Shown here piece by piece: positions 24,027 through 32,679 of a stretch of 64,000 nt of DNA. The notes under the pieces were generated by a model that ran no database searches, was not told the origin of the DNA, and saw nothing but the letters and a program-made list of their open reading frames with translations. The translations under genes and the position numbers were made by a program. Every line of letters begins with the position of its first letter. The first letter of the stretch is position 1. Origin of the DNA: Diplonema japonicum (lineage: Eukaryota > Protista > Euglenozoa: Diplonemea); NCBI GenBank assembly GCA_964019335.1, contig OZ025666.1, positions 248,001 through 312,000 on the forward strand, given 5' to 3'.

Positions 24027-25367
24027 ATGTCTGACAAAAAGACGACACCTGAGGGAACAAGGCCTGATGAGCCCTGCGAAAAGCCTGCTGGTGAAAGCGA
24101 TCGTGCAGATGAAGCCTTCTACGACTTTTTGAAAAAGACAGGACACTCTTCCAAGACACGCGTCAAGCGCCCTTTCCACGTTCCTTCCTTGATGCCCTCC
24201 GCTGTGAGTGAGATCGCGTCCATCAAGAGCCACAGCGACCTGAAAATGTACTTCTCCAAACACACCATCAGCGCCCTGCTCCAAGCTTTCTGCGAGATGG
24301 AAGTTAGCTTTACCCGTATCATAGGTTACCTTGCCGACCTTGTTGAGGGAGCAGCAAGCGTCTTCAAAGAACATCAATTAGGCCCCCTCACACCAGGGAG
24401 AAGCATCCATGTCGACCGTTTGCAAGCAGCCACGTTGCTTGCTTGTATGTTCTTCGGGCTTTTCAAAGACGAATCGCTCAGCTTCGTGAAGATGTTCTCA
24501 AGCCGCCACCCTGCTAAGGTGGAGTTTTGCAAATGCTTGATACACTACTTCGACACAGTCAGTAGAATACCCAGGTCTGACCTTCAAGCTGGGTCCGTTA
24601 TCTTTGAGAAGGTTCGTGCGTCGGATCGTCTCTTCCCTTCAAAAAAACCCACAACCCTGCTTCCCATTGTGGTAGACACCAAGGGTTCTGTTGAAGACTG
24701 TAAGAATGCTTGGATAGCCGACTTTGCGAACAGCAGCCTTGGGGGTGGGGTGCTTGGGAGCTTTGGGAGCGTTCAGGAGGAGATCCTGTTCATCACACAC
24801 CCAGAGTGCATCACAGCCATGCTGTACTGTGATAACTTAACCGACTGGGAGGCGGTTCATATGAAAGGGTGCGCCCGGTACTCCACCTTCACAGGGTACA
24901 GGGATACCTTCAAGTTCACGGGAGGAAAACCACGAGAAACACAAAATATTGTTGCCTTTGATGCCTTGGACTTGGTGGGAGAACGTGACCAGTACACTGC
25001 ACAGGCCATCGACCGTGAGATCAGGAAATGCTACGCGGCAGCTAATGGGGCTAAACAGTTCGCGACGGGAAACTGGGGATGCGGGGCCTTCAAAGGAGAC
25101 GTACACCTCAAGGCCCTCCTCCAGTGGATCGGCACGTCGTGCGGTGGGGCCACTATGGTGTACCACACTTACGGAAACGAAGATCTGGGAAAGTTTCTAT
25201 GCGACATCTCGGAGAAGTACTCTTCCACTGACGTAGATCTGCTGCGCATACAACTGATTAAAGTCTGCAACCTCGACAACGAACGCATTAAGCTCCTTGG
25301 AGATGGGTCGCTGGAAGTGATGAAACATGTCCTGCAGCAGACCGCCGACACGAAGACACGCCAGTGA
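24027..25367 (+). CDS. PARG: Poly(ADP-ribose) glycohydrolase
   Basis: DFAN..LGGGVL...VQEEILF catalytic GGG-x-QEE signature; ATGNWGCGAF. Confidence 0.92.
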   Translation: MSDKKTTPEGTRPDEPCEKPAGESDRADEAFYDFLKKTGHSSKTRVKRPFHVPSLMPSAVSEIASIKSHSDLKMYFSKHTISALLQAFCEMEVSFTRIIGYLADLVEGAASVFKEHQLGPLTPGRSIHVDRLQAATLLACMFFGLFKDESLSFVKMFSSRHPAKVEFCKCLIHYFDTVSRIPRSDLQAGSVIFEKVRASDRLFPSKKPTTLLPIVVDTKGSVEDCKNAWIADFANSSLGGGVLGSFGSVQEEILFITHPECITAMLYCDNLTDWEAVHMKGCARYSTFTGYRDTFKFTGGKPRETQNIVAFDALDLVGERDQYTAQAIDREIRKCYAAANGAKQFATGNWGCGAFKGDVHLKALLQWIGTSCGGATMVYHTYGNEDLGKFLCDISEKYSSTDVDLLRIQLIKVCNLDNERIKLLGDGSLEVMKHVLQQTADTKTRQ

Positions 25368-25504
25368 GGCGTGCACCGTCTTCTTATTTATCCTTGGTTC
25401 CTCTCCCCCTCGCTCCATTTCTAACCTAAAGGGCGGGTTTTCTTTTGTTGTTTTTGTTTTTGTTTTTTTAAAACAACAAAGAACCACAGGATCAAAGGGG
25501 GAGC

Positions 25505-26086
25505 ATGACGTTATGCGAAGATCAGGATGAGATGGAACGCAGGCTCTTCAATGTTGTTGGTAAACAAGGCAGCGTAGCCTTTCGTCCACGTTCACAAAAT
25601 CGAGTGAAGGAAAATACAAGAGAGAAGCTGTACAAACAAGAGCTGAGACGATGGAGGGATGAGGAAGTAGCAAGGGAAGAAGAAGAGGAGAAAACCCGTG
25701 CATGGAAGGTCGCAAGAGAACGGCGGGCCAATGCAGAGCTTGCAAAGAGGACTAGACTGGCAGACAGGAAGAATTTTGCCATGTTAACTGCATGCCAAGC
25801 ACAACACCAGGACTCTATAGTGCTGGAAGAAGAAGCCTCACGGTGTGATCTGGAACATACCTTCAACTTCTTGTTGTGCGCCTCCGTAGAATCTGTGGTG
25901 AGAGCCTCCATCGTTTCAGACTTTGTGCAAACCTCGGCTCACTTGTACGGCTTGGAGAAGCATGGCAGCTTTATTGCGTCGGAGTCAGAGTACCGGGCGT
26001 TACTAGAGACCGTTTCAGCCATGTCCAGGCGTGTGATTGAAGAGGACCTTGGGATATATGCCTCATTTACACGGGGTTGTTTTTGA
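25505..26086 (+). CDS. Hypothetical coiled-coil protein
   Basis: 193-aa ORF, co-directional with neighbours, E/R-rich helical composition; no recognised motif. Confidence 0.55.
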   Translation: MTLCEDQDEMERRLFNVVGKQGSVAFRPRSQNRVKENTREKLYKQELRRWRDEEVAREEEEEKTRAWKVARERRANAELAKRTRLADRKNFAMLTACQAQHQDSIVLEEEASRCDLEHTFNFLLCASVESVVRASIVSDFVQTSAHLYGLEKHGSFIASESEYRALLETVSAMSRRVIEEDLGIYASFTRGCF

Positions 26087-26157
26087 AATACGAGTTTCTT
26101 TTTTATTAACCCTCCCCCCCTTTGAAGGTAGCATATTGAGTTATCGGGGACTTGTGC

Positions 26158-26255
26158 ATGATGACAAACCATGTTTAGTGTAGTGCGCATCTGACACCCC
26201 TCTTGCAGGTGGTGGTTGAGAATACATACATCGGTCTAGACTCGTTTATGACTGA
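26158..26255 (+). ncRNA. Box C/D snoRNA CD1 (copies 27374-27471, 33446-33543, 53028-53125, 54034-54132)
   Basis: C box ATGATGA; D' CTGA preceded by TAGTGTAGTGCGC, antisense to SSU GCGC(A/G)CUACACU; terminal D CTGA. Confidence 0.85.
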
Positions 26256-26365
26256 CCTTTCCCTGCTTTGTTTTATTTGGCCAAACATGTCGAGAAGCAT
26301 CCTTTCCTTCCCGTTGTTTCCCAGTTAGTGAAAAGAAGCGGAAAGAGGGAGGCTGAGTGGCTTTT

Positions 26366-26396
<31 letters not shown>

Positions 26397-26485
26397 GCAT
26401 TTAAGGCAAGGGAATGAAGTAGTTAGTCTTGTTTATCCCTAGTCATTGTGGGGCAAATCTGCTTGTGAAGATGGGTAAAAAAGAA

Positions 26486-26557
26486 TACCGGAAACACTCC
26501 ACGGTTGCCCTCTTCCTTTAAGTGGAGGTGATGACCACCAGACCCCTGGTTAGAGTC
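26486..26557 (+). ncRNA. AGA-box H/ACA-like hairpin RNA HA1 (other full copies 26778, 27267, 27633, 52551, 52924, 53438, 53927; variant 33771; truncated 33406)
   Basis: ACCRG/CTGGT basal stem, CTCCAC/GTGGAG upper stem. All copies end at TAGA, after which the flanks mostly diverge. Target not identified. Confidence 0.65.
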
Positions 26558-26588
26558 TTTGAGAAGGTCGATGTGGCGTGCATCGTGC

Positions 26589-26652
26589 ATCGTCCCTCGC
26601 TATGCCTGCTGAGCGGACATGCCCAGGAGAGTACGTAAGGGGCGAGAGATGT
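26589..26652 (+). ncRNA. AGA-box H/ACA-like RNA HA4 (copies 33213, 33838)
   Basis: TCGTCCCT/AGGGGCGA stem followed by GAGA; 5' pocket CGCTATG antisense to LSU CAUAGCG (in CAAGCGUUCAUAGCG). Confidence 0.65.
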
Positions 26653-26676
26653 GCTGTGGGCGATGCTCTGGTATGA

Positions 26677-26741
26677 TCATCCCGCGGTGCCTGTCGGGCT
26701 GCATTTCGTGCTTGAGAGTGTACGTATGGGATGGGAGAGGG
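26677..26741 (+). ncRNA. AGA-box H/ACA-like RNA HA5 (copies 33301; 52468 with small deletion)
   Basis: CATCCCG/TGGGATG basal stem, TCGGGC/GCTTGA upper stem, AGA 2 nt after the stem. Confidence 0.55.
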
Positions 26742-26876
26742 AGGGCCGGTGTGGGAGATTAAATATAGATAAGATTATACCAGAAACACTCCACGGTTGC
26801 CCTCTTCCCTTAAGTGGAGGTGATGACCACCAGACCCCTGGTTAGATGTTTTCCCCATGTGGGCACAGAAAGACAG

Positions 26877-26944
26877 AAGCATCCCATTCCTTCACGTTGT
26901 TTCCCAGTTAGTGAAAAGAAGCGGAAAGAGGGAGGCTGAGACAG
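26877..26944 (+). ncRNA. AGA-box H/ACA-like RNA HA2 (copies 26296 with mutated box, 27512, 27733, 33938, 53166, 53538)
   Basis: AGCATCCC/GGGAGGCT stem, TTCAC/GTGAA upper stem, terminal GAGA; conservation between copies ends at the box. Confidence 0.6.
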
Positions 26945-26989
26945 CTGACTGAATGTACAGCATAGTTCGTTTGATTTCTTTCCTTCGGA

Positions 26990-27090
26990 ATGATGAGAAA
27001 CAAAATTCATAGATCTCGTTCGTCTGAGCAGACTTCCATTTTTTTGGAGGGCTGCGTGTGACTGATTAGAATTTTCGGCCTTCAAGCTGA
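26990..27090 (+). ncRNA. Box C/D snoRNA CD2, double guide (copies 33078 with altered C box, 33619, 53650; 5' stub at 53271)
   Basis: D' guide AGATCTCGTTCGT is antisense to SSU ACGAACGAGA. D guide TTCGGCCTTCAA is antisense to LSU UUGAAGGCCGAA. Confidence 0.9.
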
Positions 27091-27141
27091 CCTTATTTTT
27101 GCTGCCCCTCTCACTCTGTTGGCTGCAGGCCTTCACACCCT

Positions 27142-27227
27142 GTGATGAGAACAACGACATCAACACTCTCGTTCTTCTGATTTTAGTTATGAAGACAGAT
27201 GTTCCGTTCATGCTTCTGCAATGCTGA
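27142..27227 (+). ncRNA. Box C/D snoRNA CD3, double guide (copies 52809-52894, 53802-53887)
   Basis: D' guide CACTCTCGTTCTT is antisense to SSU AAGAACG(A)AGU; the +5 rule gives the yeast Am974-equivalent. D guide TTCTGCAAT is antisense to 5.8S AUUGCAGAA; the +5 rule gives the Gm75-equivalent. Confidence 0.9.
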
Positions 27228-27837
27228 GGATATGCGACATAAATAAAATAAAGTTCTTTTTCCAAATACCAGAAACACTCCACGGTTGCCCTCTTCCCTT
27301 AAGTGGAGGTGATGACCACCAGACCCCTGGTTAGAGGTGAACGAGATATCGAGAGTCATCAGGGACTTGTGGCATGATGACAAACCATATTTAGTGTAGT
27401 GCGCATCTGACACCCCTCTTGCAGGTGGTGGTTGAGAATACATACATCGGTCTAGACTCGTTTATGACTGACCTTTCCCTGCTTTGTTTTATTTGGCCAA
27501 ACATGTCGAGAAGCATCCTTTCCTTCCCGTTGTTTCTCTGTTAGTGAAAAGAAGCGGAAAGAGGGAGGCTGAGATGTCCGGAAGAAGATTGGCGTGTTTT
27601 GTTGATCCCTTGTGAGCAAAGGAAAAAAGAAATACCAGAAACACTCCACGGTAGCCCTCTTCCCTTAAGTGGAGGTGATGACCACCAGACCCCTGGTTAG
27701 ATGTTTTCCCCATGTGGGCACAGAAAGACAGAAACATCCCATTCCTTCACGTTGTTTCCCAGTTAGTGAAAAGAAGCGGAAAGAGGGAGGCTGAGACACC
27801 CGCATTGGAGGGACAGCAGCAGCGGCAGTATTCTGCA

Positions 27838-27907
27838 AACCTTCACCATTACCCCCCAGCGTAGCTTTTTGAAGTGTGCTGGAGGGCAAGTTTGGAAGGT
27901 GAGAGTG
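27838..27907 (+). ncRNA. AGA-box H/ACA-like RNA HA6 (copy 34043-34112)
   Basis: ACCTTC/GAAGGT and CCAGCGT/GTGCTGG stems, then AGA. Pockets CCATT and AAGTTTG bracket LSU CAAACUU-UA-AAUGG. Confidence 0.75.
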
Positions 27908-27963
27908 GAAGAGAAGCAGCTGAGGTCTTTTGTGTGGTGGTGAGGAGGGGCAAGAAAACCGAC

Positions 27964-28036
27964 ATGATGACCACATCATATCCACTAAATTTTCTGATGA
28001 AGAGTCTTAAAATCTACAATGTCATAGTTACTCTGA
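27964..28036 (+). ncRNA. Box C/D snoRNA CD4, snR63-like (copy 34169-34241)
   Basis: D guide GTCATAGTTACT is a perfect 12-nt antisense to LSU helix 69 AGUAACUAUGAC; the +5 rule gives the yeast Am2256-equivalent. Confidence 0.9.
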
Positions 28037-28121
28037 TCTCTCCTTTCTTGTCTTTTCCCAACTAGAACTAGTCACTTTTTTTTCACCCAACAAACACCAA
28101 CTCTTTTTTTTTTTTTTTTGA

Positions 28122-28221
28122 ATGATGAAAATATATTCTGTCAGTGCTGGCACCAGAGCAGAGCTGCGGAGGGGTAGCACCCTTTGTGACCATGAGCACA
28201 TTTTTTATTATCCGCTGCTGA
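28122..28221 (+). ncRNA. Box C/D snoRNA CD5 (copy 34326-34425)
   Basis: C box ATGATGA; GTGCTGGCACCAGA is a 14-nt antisense to SSU UCUGGUGCCAGCAC, followed by D'-like CAGA; terminal CTGA. Confidence 0.85.
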
Positions 28222-28274
28222 AATGAAAAGAAAGCTTACCCCACGAATACCTGGCAACAACAACCACAACCCAC

Positions 28275-28343
28275 CCCCCGCATTTAAGGCAAGGGAATGA
28301 AGCATTTAGTCTTGTTTATCCCTAGTCATTGTGGGGCAGATAT
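28275..28343 (+). ncRNA. AGA-box H/ACA-like RNA HA3 (copies 26393 with AAA box, 34485, 53343)
   Basis: CCCCGCA/TGTGGGG stem followed by AGA. Pockets TTTAAGG and GTCAT bracket LSU AUGAC-UC-UCUUAAG (helix 69, yeast Psi2264-equivalent). Confidence 0.75.
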
Positions 28344-28371
28344 GGCTTCAGGAGGGCAGCAGCACAGCCGT

Positions 28372-28438
28372 GTGATGACCAACACGAGGCATTTTTGCGA
28401 CGATTATAAAAACGTATTCTACCTTAACTTACCGCTGA
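28372..28438 (+). ncRNA. Box C/D snoRNA CD6, snR13-like (single copy in window)
   Basis: C box GTGATGA; ACGAGGCATTT antisense to LSU AAAUGCCUCGU; extra tract CTACCTTAA antisense to the adjacent UUAAGGUAG; D box CTGA. Confidence 0.8.
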
Positions 28439-28526
28439 CGTTTGTGTTGCTGTGCTTGGGCCCCTTTTCTTGATTTCCCTCTATTTTTTCTTTCCTCACC
28501 ACCCCCTTTTTTTTGCACCTGTCCCA

Positions 28527-28594
28527 CCGGGGTGCAATTCTGCTGGGCTGAACACCCCCATGTCCTTCATCAGCGGGAAACACCCCGCAGATCA
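28527..28594 (+). ncRNA. Possible additional AGA-box hairpin RNA
   Basis: CGGGGTG/CACCCCG and TTCTGCTG/CAGCGGGA stems followed by AGA. Single copy, no target found. Confidence 0.35.
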
Positions 28595-28748
28595 GTACCT
28601 CCGCTCGCCAATTGGCTGCGTGGATGAACTTACCAGCAATATCCTTTCAAATTGTAGGTTATAAACCCGTAAACACGTTGTCAACGTTTTCACACAAAGA
28701 CCCATTCTTTCAGGGTGGGGGTGGGGGAACACAAAAACAACAACAACG

Positions 28749-30041
28749 ATGTCGGTTCGCACGATAAGCGAGCTCTTCATCCTGTCGCGAAGCGGGAGGA
28801 CCCTCGTGCACCACCGATGGGGAAAGGCCGTCGACGGAGTGGAGAACATTGTGTTCCGTAGAATCTCAGAACAGTGCGAACCAATCATACAGTTGGGGGG
28901 AAATGGATTGGCAGGATGGGTGGAGCGCGACGGTGTGCTCTTCGTGGGGGTAGGGTACTGCGGTAAGACAAGGAGGAACCCCACTCTGCTTCTCGACACG
29001 CTGCTTCGTCTTCACGTGATTCTAAGCGATCAGATCGGCATTGTCAACGATTGCAACGTTCTGGAAAATCAGGTGTTAATAATGGAGGTTTTTTCCGAAT
29101 TCTTTCTGGACGGAATCCCGCAGGACATAGACAGTGCGCCTTTGCATCTCCCGTTGTCTTCTGGCGTCACTACCGGGGTGGGTAGATCCATCCGCTGTCC
29201 GAAAGGAAAGATTCCAAACCAAAGAGAAACCCAGCCAGACATTTACATCGATCAGATAGAAGCTCACTCCGCAACGTTTCTTTCGAACGGTTCGCCTGAT
29301 AAAAGACACTTGAAAGGTTGTGTGTTGTTGAAATCGTTCAGTGATGAGCTGGCAAAGGTGGGCATTCCTTTCAAGTCTCGGGAGCCTTCGCTGCGGTTTG
29401 CCCTGCACCCTGGGTTGGACAAGACCCTTTGGAACGAGAAGGCGATAGCCTCCCACTACGAAGGGTATCCGAAAGGAAGCAGCAAAGTACTTTCTTACTC
29501 AACAGATTTGCCCGAAGGTGATTCTTCACCACTGTTTCTATTGTGCTCATCAGTCGTGAATTGCAACGGTGTGTCTGAAGTACGAGTGAAGGTGACAAGG
29601 AATACGGAAGAAACTGCCAGAAGCGTAGTGTTGGAAATCCCGTTCCCCAAGACTGTAGAGGGGCACCCTGTGGTAATATTCGAAATCGGTCAGGGTGGAT
29701 TTCTCGTTGCTAAGCGAGGCAAGGCCTTCGCCACGCATTCTGTGCGTTGCCACCTCACCTTGGAAGCCTCTAAAGAACACACTGTTTGTGTTAAGTATCC
29801 TCTCTCTTCTTCGTCACGTTTCGCTGCTGTAGCGTCTCTTTCATTTGAGGTTTTAAACACTGTTTCTCCTGTTCTCTCAATGGCGCCACCCAACTTGGAG
29901 CACTCTCCTACCACTCTCACTCCGAACATCTTCTTGCGGACCATCTCTCATGCAGCTTCTTACACAGTGCTTATAAACAGTGCCGGCACGACCCGTCCAG
30001 CCCTTCCTCTTGCATATGCTCCCCTTGCCATTACTTCCTAG
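28749..30041 (+). CDS. Divergent adaptor-complex medium (mu) subunit, AP-4 mu-like
   Basis: ISELFILSRSGRTL longin-type N-terminus; IYIDQIE, GCVLLKSF, SLSFEV elements of the mu-homology domain. Confidence 0.65.
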   Translation: MSVRTISELFILSRSGRTLVHHRWGKAVDGVENIVFRRISEQCEPIIQLGGNGLAGWVERDGVLFVGVGYCGKTRRNPTLLLDTLLRLHVILSDQIGIVNDCNVLENQVLIMEVFSEFFLDGIPQDIDSAPLHLPLSSGVTTGVGRSIRCPKGKIPNQRETQPDIYIDQIEAHSATFLSNGSPDKRHLKGCVLLKSFSDELAKVGIPFKSREPSLRFALHPGLDKTLWNEKAIASHYEGYPKGSSKVLSYSTDLPEGDSSPLFLLCSSVVNCNGVSEVRVKVTRNTEETARSVVLEIPFPKTVEGHPVVIFEIGQGGFLVAKRGKAFATHSVRCHLTLEASKEHTVCVKYPLSSSSRFAAVASLSFEVLNTVSPVLSMAPPNLEHSPTTLTPNIFLRTISHAASYTVLINSAGTTRPALPLAYAPLAITS

Positions 30042-30199
30042 CGTAATTGCCGACTTCCTAGTGGTGTTCCCATTTACATGGCGTGGGGAAACCTTAGCGG
30101 CCATGCTAACGAAGTTTTCCTCTTTTTTTTTTTCTTGACCATTTTTAAAGTACCAACTCGTACTGCCAACTATACAGTTTTATCTGTTTAAATCTCAAA

Positions 30200-31695
30200 A
30201 TGCGCGTCATGATGGGCCTATGTGTGGCCGCACTGGCTGTTTCAGCCATGGCGGACGACGACAAGAAGAAAATCGAGGGTCCCGTTATCGGGATCGATCT
30301 TGGGACGACCTACTCCGTGGTGGGTGTGTGGCAGAACGGGCAGGTGGAGATCATCTCCAACGAGATGGGTAACCGTATCACCCCCTCCGTCGTCGCCTTC
30401 ACTGAGACCGAGCGTCTCATCGGTGACGGTGCCAAGAACCAGATGTCCCAGAACCCCGACAACACCATCTACACCGTGAAGCGTCTTATCGGTCGCAAGT
30501 ACACCGACAAGGTATGTTTAGTTATTGTGATCAATCAAAATCACACAATCACAGTCCGTGCAAAGCGACAAGAAGCTTCTCTCCTTCAGGATCGTGTCTG
30601 GTGCCGATGGGCAGCCCAACGTGAAGGTGCACTACAAGGGTGAGGACAAGCAGTACACTGCGGAGGAGATCTCTGCGATGGTGTTGACGAAGATGAAGGA
30701 CATCGCTGAGGAGTTCCTCGGGAAGAGCCTGAAGAACGCTGTGGTGACTGTGCCCGCCTACTTCAACGACGCTCAGCGTCAGTCGACGAAGGACGCTGGT
30801 ACGATCGCCGGTTTGAACGTTGTGCGTATCATCAACGAGCCCACGGCCGCAGCCATCGCCTACGGGCTGGACAAGAGGGACGAGGGTGAGAAGAACATCC
30901 TTGTCTTCGACCTTGGTGGTGGTACCTTCGATGTGTCGCTTCTCCAGATCGACGACGGTTTCTTCGAGGTGATCGCCACCAACGGTGACACCCACTTGGG
31001 TGGTGAGGACTTCGACAACAGGATGGTATGTTAAAGGGGGAAAGCAACATGAAAATAAACCAACCATGTCCCTCACAGGTGAAGCACTTCCTGAACGTGA
31101 TCCAGAAGAAGCACGGAAAGGACCTGTCGAAGAACCAGAGGTCCCTCGCCCGTTTGAGGAAGGCCTGTGAGTCGGCGAAGCGTCAGCTCTCCTCGCAGCC
31201 CGAGGCCCGTGTTGAGGTGGACGGGTTGGACGAGGGTCTGGACTTCTCCGAGAAGCTTACCCGTGCCAAGTTCGAGGAGCTGAACATGGACCTGTTCAAG
31301 GGTACCCTGAACCCCGTGAAGGCTGTTCTGGATGACTCCAAGCTGAAGAAGACCGACGTTGACGAGATCGTGCTTGTCGGTGGGTCCACCCGTATCCCCA
31401 AGGTCCAGAACCTCATCAAGGACTTCTTCAACGGGAAGGAGCCCAACAAGGGGATCAACCCTGACGAGTCTGTTGCCTACGGTGCCGCTGTTCAGGGGGC
31501 CGTGATGAGCGGCGAGAGCGAGCTTCAGTCGAAGGTGCTTCTCGTTGACGTGATCCCCCTGTCCATGGGTATCGAGACCGTGGGAGGAGTCATGACCAAG
31601 CTGATCGAGCGTAACACTCCCATCCCCGCCAAGAAGGCCCAGACCTTCTCCACCTACCAGGACAACCAGCCCGGTGTGAACATCCAGGTGTGGAA

Positions 31696-31728
<33 letters not shown>

Positions 31729-32325
31729 ACCCCAAACAACCAGGTCTTCGAGGGTGAGCGTTCGATGACGAAGGACAACAGGCTTCTCGGGAAGTTCGAG
31801 CTGTCGGGGATCCCTCCCGCCCCCCGTGGTGTGCCGCAGATCGAGGTGTCGTTCGACGTTGACGCGAACGGGATCCTCACCGTGGGTGCGGAGGACAAGG
31901 GCTCTGGCAGCAAGGAGGCGATCACGATCACCAACGACAAGGGAAGGCTCAGCGAGGAGGAGATCGAGAAGATGGTTCGCGAGGCCGAGGAGTTCCAGGA
32001 GGAGGACAAGAAGCTGAAGGAGAGGGTGGAGGCGAAGAACGCCCTCGAGTCGACCGCCTACAACCTGAAGAACCAGGTGAACGACGACGAGAAGCTCGGC
32101 GGGAAGCTCGACGAGGACGACAAGACGGCGATCGAGGAGGCGGTGAAGGAGGCTCTTGACTGGTTGGACGAGAACCCGTCGGCCGACAAGGAGGAGTACG
32201 ACGAGCAGCTCCAGAGCCTCCAGAGCATCACCAACCCCATCGTCTCCAAGGTCTACCAGCAGGGCGCCACTGAGGGCGGTGCTGGTGGTGAGGACGAGGA
32301 CGCGGGCGACTCTGACGAGCTCTGA
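30200..32325 (+). CDS. BiP: ER luminal HSP70 BiP/GRP78, copy 1; 4 exons
   Basis: Signal peptide; [32 protein letters not shown]; C-terminal SDEL. Introns 30512-30554, 31026-31078, 31688-31743. Confidence 0.96.
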
Positions 32326-32679
32326 GCGGTTTAGTGACAACTACATACGAGGTAAAAGCCTATTTCCGGAACAAAAGTAGAAGCAGCGAAAAAAAAAAAA
32401 AAACTAAAACTCTTTTTAATTGATGCTTACTTTTTTATTTTTATTTTCCCTTTTTTTTTTCCCTTTTTTGGTTCTCCCTTCCTACTCGAAGGTATGGGAT
32501 ATCTCTTCGGATGGACAGATATCTGCTGCCTCGGGTAACTTAAATGTATGCAAAGCAGAACTTTGCATCGTTTAGCCTTGTGAGTTGTGATTGTTATTTT
32601 TTTTTTTGGTGTTTCAATGAAAATGTTTACCGTACTTTGCGTTGCTTGATATTCATCAAAATAGATAATTAATCTCAAA

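Larger units (their letters stand above)
26153..28440 (+). ncRNA. snoRNA cluster A (intergenic): ~18 modules, 7 box C/D and ~11 AGA-box hairpin copies
   Basis: Recurrent RTGATGA...CTGA units carrying rRNA-antisense tracts, and ~65-nt hairpins ending in AGA. Units recur in clusters B and C. Confidence 0.9.

Noticed and set aside
26651-28065. Short ORFs repeated in the three arrays (e.g. 157-aa MECFWY..., 86-aa MYSQPPP...)
   Set aside because: By-products of repeated ncRNA modules; frames are not preserved between shuffled copies.
26153-28440. CRISPR-like reading of the recurring HA1 unit separated by variable sequence
   Set aside because: Eukaryotic context, no cas genes, irregular spacing, and the intervening sequences are themselves repeated snoRNA modules.
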